Assembly (NCBI GenBank): GCA_002269645.1
Contig: NIVC01004824.1
Location: forward strand, 1 to 34,183
DNA: 34,183 nt
Source: Macrostomum lignano
Lineage: Eukaryota
Reading direction: 5' to 3'
In this document: positions 31,560-34,183 of the stretch, piece after piece
Position numbering within the stretch: position 1 is the stretch's first letter
Layout: every line of letters starts with the position of its first letter
Notes under the pieces: generated by a model
The model's database searches: none
What the model saw: the letters and a program-made list of their open reading frames with translations, nothing else
Told to the model about the DNA's origin: nothing
Translations under genes and position numbers: made by a program

Positions 31560-31680
31560 GGACCCCATTCCCAGGGACAACATTCCCAGGGACCCCATTC
31601 CCAGGGACAACATTCCCAGGGACACCATTCCAGGGACCCCATTCCCAGGGACACCATTCCCAGGGACCCCATTCCCAGGG
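31560..31680. repeat. 15-bp minisatellite GACCCCATTCCCAGG
   Basis: Direct inspection; shares the CCATTCCCAG core with the 26090 array. Confidence 0.9.
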
Positions 31681-31820
31681 GAGTGCGTACACGAACAAAA
31701 GTACAGAATCCCGCGCCTAAAATGAAGTCATTATAGCAATGCTACAGGAGGGCATCTCCCAGTAGAATGGCAATATTCAGCTATCTGCTAAAAGAAATCC
31801 ATTCTCTGCTGATCATCTGC

Positions 31821-31834
31821 GTTGCCATGGCGAC
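31821..31834. promoter_or_regulatory. X-box-like GTTGCCATGGCGAC
   Basis: Near-perfect RFX palindrome with one mismatch; a weaker GTCCGCATGGCAAC lies at 32043-32056. Confidence 0.45.
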
Positions 31835-32099
31835 TGACAAAGCCGCAGACTCCGGCAGGGAGCGACCTCGCCGAGTACCGGGTGCTGGTAGCGAAGCCAG
31901 CCATCGGCAACTACGAGACCTGCGTGAGTCTCTGGATCTGCTCGCCTCAGCTCAGATCAGCAATCAAGCGGCAGATGGAGGCAGCGTTGCATTGAATGAA
32001 ATGGGGCCATGCGTTTTAAATTTCTACTGACTACTTTCGCATGTCCGCATGGCAACAACTAGGGTCCGAGATCAGGTTACAACTGTGGCCGTCTGAACA

Positions 32100-32128
32100 T
32101 GAGAGAGAGAGAGAGAGAGAGAGAGAGT
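32100..32128. repeat. (GA)n microsatellite
   Basis: Direct inspection. Confidence 0.9.
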
Positions 32129-32414
32129 GAGAGAGCACTCACATTACATTTACATCCAACTGTCAATCAGGAGCGACCTGGCCCCTCAGGTGCGATGCCT
32201 TGGTTGAGAGGGTGAAAGGGACAAGTGTTTGAATGCCACATTCTGATAAGTGATCCAGAATGCGAGGGGATACAATGAAAAAGTCGACGGGTCTTGCCAC
32301 TCGAGTAATGATTGTCACTTAGTAATGATGTTGGCCTGAGTCACGTCAACTTATTGGGCGATTATTCGGCTTCTCCCACCTCCGTAGCCGCCCGCGGAAT
32401 CGCCCAAAAGCGCT

Positions 32415-32428
32415 GTTTCCATGGCAAC
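32415..32428. promoter_or_regulatory. Duplicated X-box GTTTCCATGGCAAC upstream of the second PAN/TSP1 copy
   Basis: Part of the duplicated block. Confidence 0.6.
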
Positions 32429-32562
32429 CAACAAAACAAAGAGACGCATCAAGCCGGTGCATAAAACACCTGAGCCCGGGGCGGGAGACGGGCCAGAAGC
32501 AGGAGAGAAAAGTTTTGTCTTTTAGCAACACAGCAATCGGCAACTTCAGCAAGCACAGCCTG

Positions 32563-34183
32563 ATGGGCCTCTCGGTGGCGACCTTATTACTCCTGACTGC
32601 GGCACGGCTGACCGACGCTTCCACAGTCAGGGAGTTCAACTTCAACGCGTCTGATCGTCTGCCGTCGGGAATCGGCGGTCCCAACGAGTCCGCGGTCTCA
32701 GCCGTGGCGCTGAGTCCGGGCTCCATCAAGCTGGTGGGTCCGGTGGGATGAACGCCAGCTTGCTGGGGAGTCTCCAGTGCGCGACCAAGTGCAGAGCGTG
32801 GGCTTTCTGCCACGCGTACTACTTCAATGCCAGTGCGGGCCTGTGCCACCTGGCTGACCAGGGACAGTTCGAGACCTACTGGACTGGCAACGGCACGGCT
32901 GGGGAAGCCGCCTTCGTCAAGCTGTACCACGGTGAGTGGGTCTTCTGTCACTCTGTACCACGGTGAGTGGGTCTTCTGTCACTCTGTACCACGGTGAGTG
33001 GGTCTTCTGTCACTCTGTACCACGGTGAGTGGGTCTTCTGTCACTCTGTACCACGGTGAGTGGGTCTTCTGTCACTCTGTACCACGGTGAGTGGGTCTTC
33101 TGTCACTCTGTACCGCGGTGAGTGGGTCTTCTGTCACTCTGTACCACGGTGAGTGGGTCTTCTGTCACTCTGTACCACGGTGAGTGGGTCTTCTGTCACT
33201 CTGTACCGCGGTGAGTGGGTCTTCTGTCACTCTGTACCACGGTGAGTGGGTCTTCTGTCACTCTGTAACACGGTGAGTGGGTCTTTAATCGAGCTGTTTC
33301 CTGTATACTTTGATTTATGAAAGCACACCGACTTCTCCTGCTCAGACATCTGCACCTGGCAGTCCTGGACCAACTGGGCCACCGCCTCTGGTGCGACCGG
33401 AGATTCCGACATCTGCAACGCGCTTGTGAATCGAACCCGCGTCCGCCAGTGCACCTGCCCCACTGACGAAGGGGTCTTCGTGAGCGGCTGGTGTCAGGGC
33501 GCGAAGGACAAAAGCCAGACGCAGGGCAGCTTCATCAGCTGGTGCCAGTGGTCCGAGTGGGCCACCGACTCGTCCGAAGGCAGCCGGGTCTGTGGGAACT
33601 GGAACAGCAGGCACCGGTCCAGGAGCTGCCGCTGCCCGATTGACAGGCCGCCTGAGACCATCGAGACGGCCGCAGTTGAGAACATCACCCAGGTGAGTTG
33701 ACAGTGCCGTGATTTGTTAAAACCAATCACAGCAGTCCTAATGCTTTCAAGTACAAGTGCAATTTTTTACGATCTGTAAAGGCATGGCACTGGTGCAACT
33801 GGAAAAGCTGGAGCGTTTGGACAGACGATCGCGGGTACTCTAAGTGGTGGTTGTACCACCGCAGCTACTTCTATACGCCCAAGTATAACACGCGATTTAC
33901 GAGAAGGCGCAGCAGGCAATGCGGCTGCTCAGGTAAAGAGGCTGCTGCTCAGGCTGGTTCGAATGTTAGCCAGGAGGTGAGCACCATCTACTCAGCCTGG
34001 TGCCCTTGGCTGAGCTGGGACAGCTGGTACCGCGACTGCTCGTAGGTCGAATAATGCGCAAGAGGACCCGCACAGTGATTGACTGCTTTGTGAATACATC
34101 GACCAGCGCCTTGCCGGCAGGCAGCGCACAGGACTATCAATACGACACTGCTAAGTGTGGCTGGGGCAAGTGGAAGAACTACT
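32563..34183 (+). pseudogene. Second PAN/TSP1-like gene copy with two -1 frameshifts (pseudogene or sequencing indels); exons 32563..32931, 33346..33692, 33782..beyond window end
   Basis: Near-identical to 23341..24587 through the exon-2 donor. GTGGGGATG is shortened to GTGGGATG at about 32745. In exon 3, TGCTCGTAGGTCGA gives a stop at 34043-34045 while the TSP1-like reading VGRIMRKRTRT..DC..KCGWGKWKNY continues in another frame. Confidence 0.75.
32922..33284. repeat. Second copy of the 31-bp donor-containing minisatellite (12 donor copies)
   Basis: GTGAGT every 31 nt from 32932 to 33273. Confidence 0.97.

Noticed and set aside
31767-32030. 87-aa GC-rich ORF
   Set aside because: No recognisable domain and no splice partners; its internal ATG overlaps an X-box-like motif.
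4320-33284. Regularly spaced 28-33-bp repeats resembling CRISPR arrays
   Set aside because: The units are directly adjacent with no unique spacers, there are no cas genes, and the context is eukaryotic.

Overview
Eukaryotic, intron-containing animal DNA. GC-rich exons and long introns filled with private minisatellites suggest a flatworm such as Macrostomum (inference from sequence style only). Six plus-strand gene models can be spliced by hand with consistent GT-AG phases: (1) the 3' part of a receptor protein tyrosine phosphatase (FN3-TM-single PTP domain), (2) an LHFPL/TMHS tetraspan, (3) MICOS subunit MIC19/CHCHD3, (4) a Tctex1-domain dynein light chain, (5) a secreted PAN/apple + TSP1-like repeat protein, and (6) a second, frameshifted copy of gene 5 that is near-identical over exons 1-2 but strongly diverged in exon 3. 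Between the two copies lies a nest: a minisatellite, an RTE-like LINE fragment and a 4.1-kb hAT-type DNA transposon (12-bp TIRs, 6-bp TSD) whose subterminal motif has expanded into a 2.5-kb satellite. Also present: a CORE-like SINE fragment, several RFX X-boxes and more than 20 tandem arrays, several built from splice-site-like units. One 31-bp array literally multiplies a real exon/intron junction. Most long ORFs in the supplied track are tandem-repeat artefacts.
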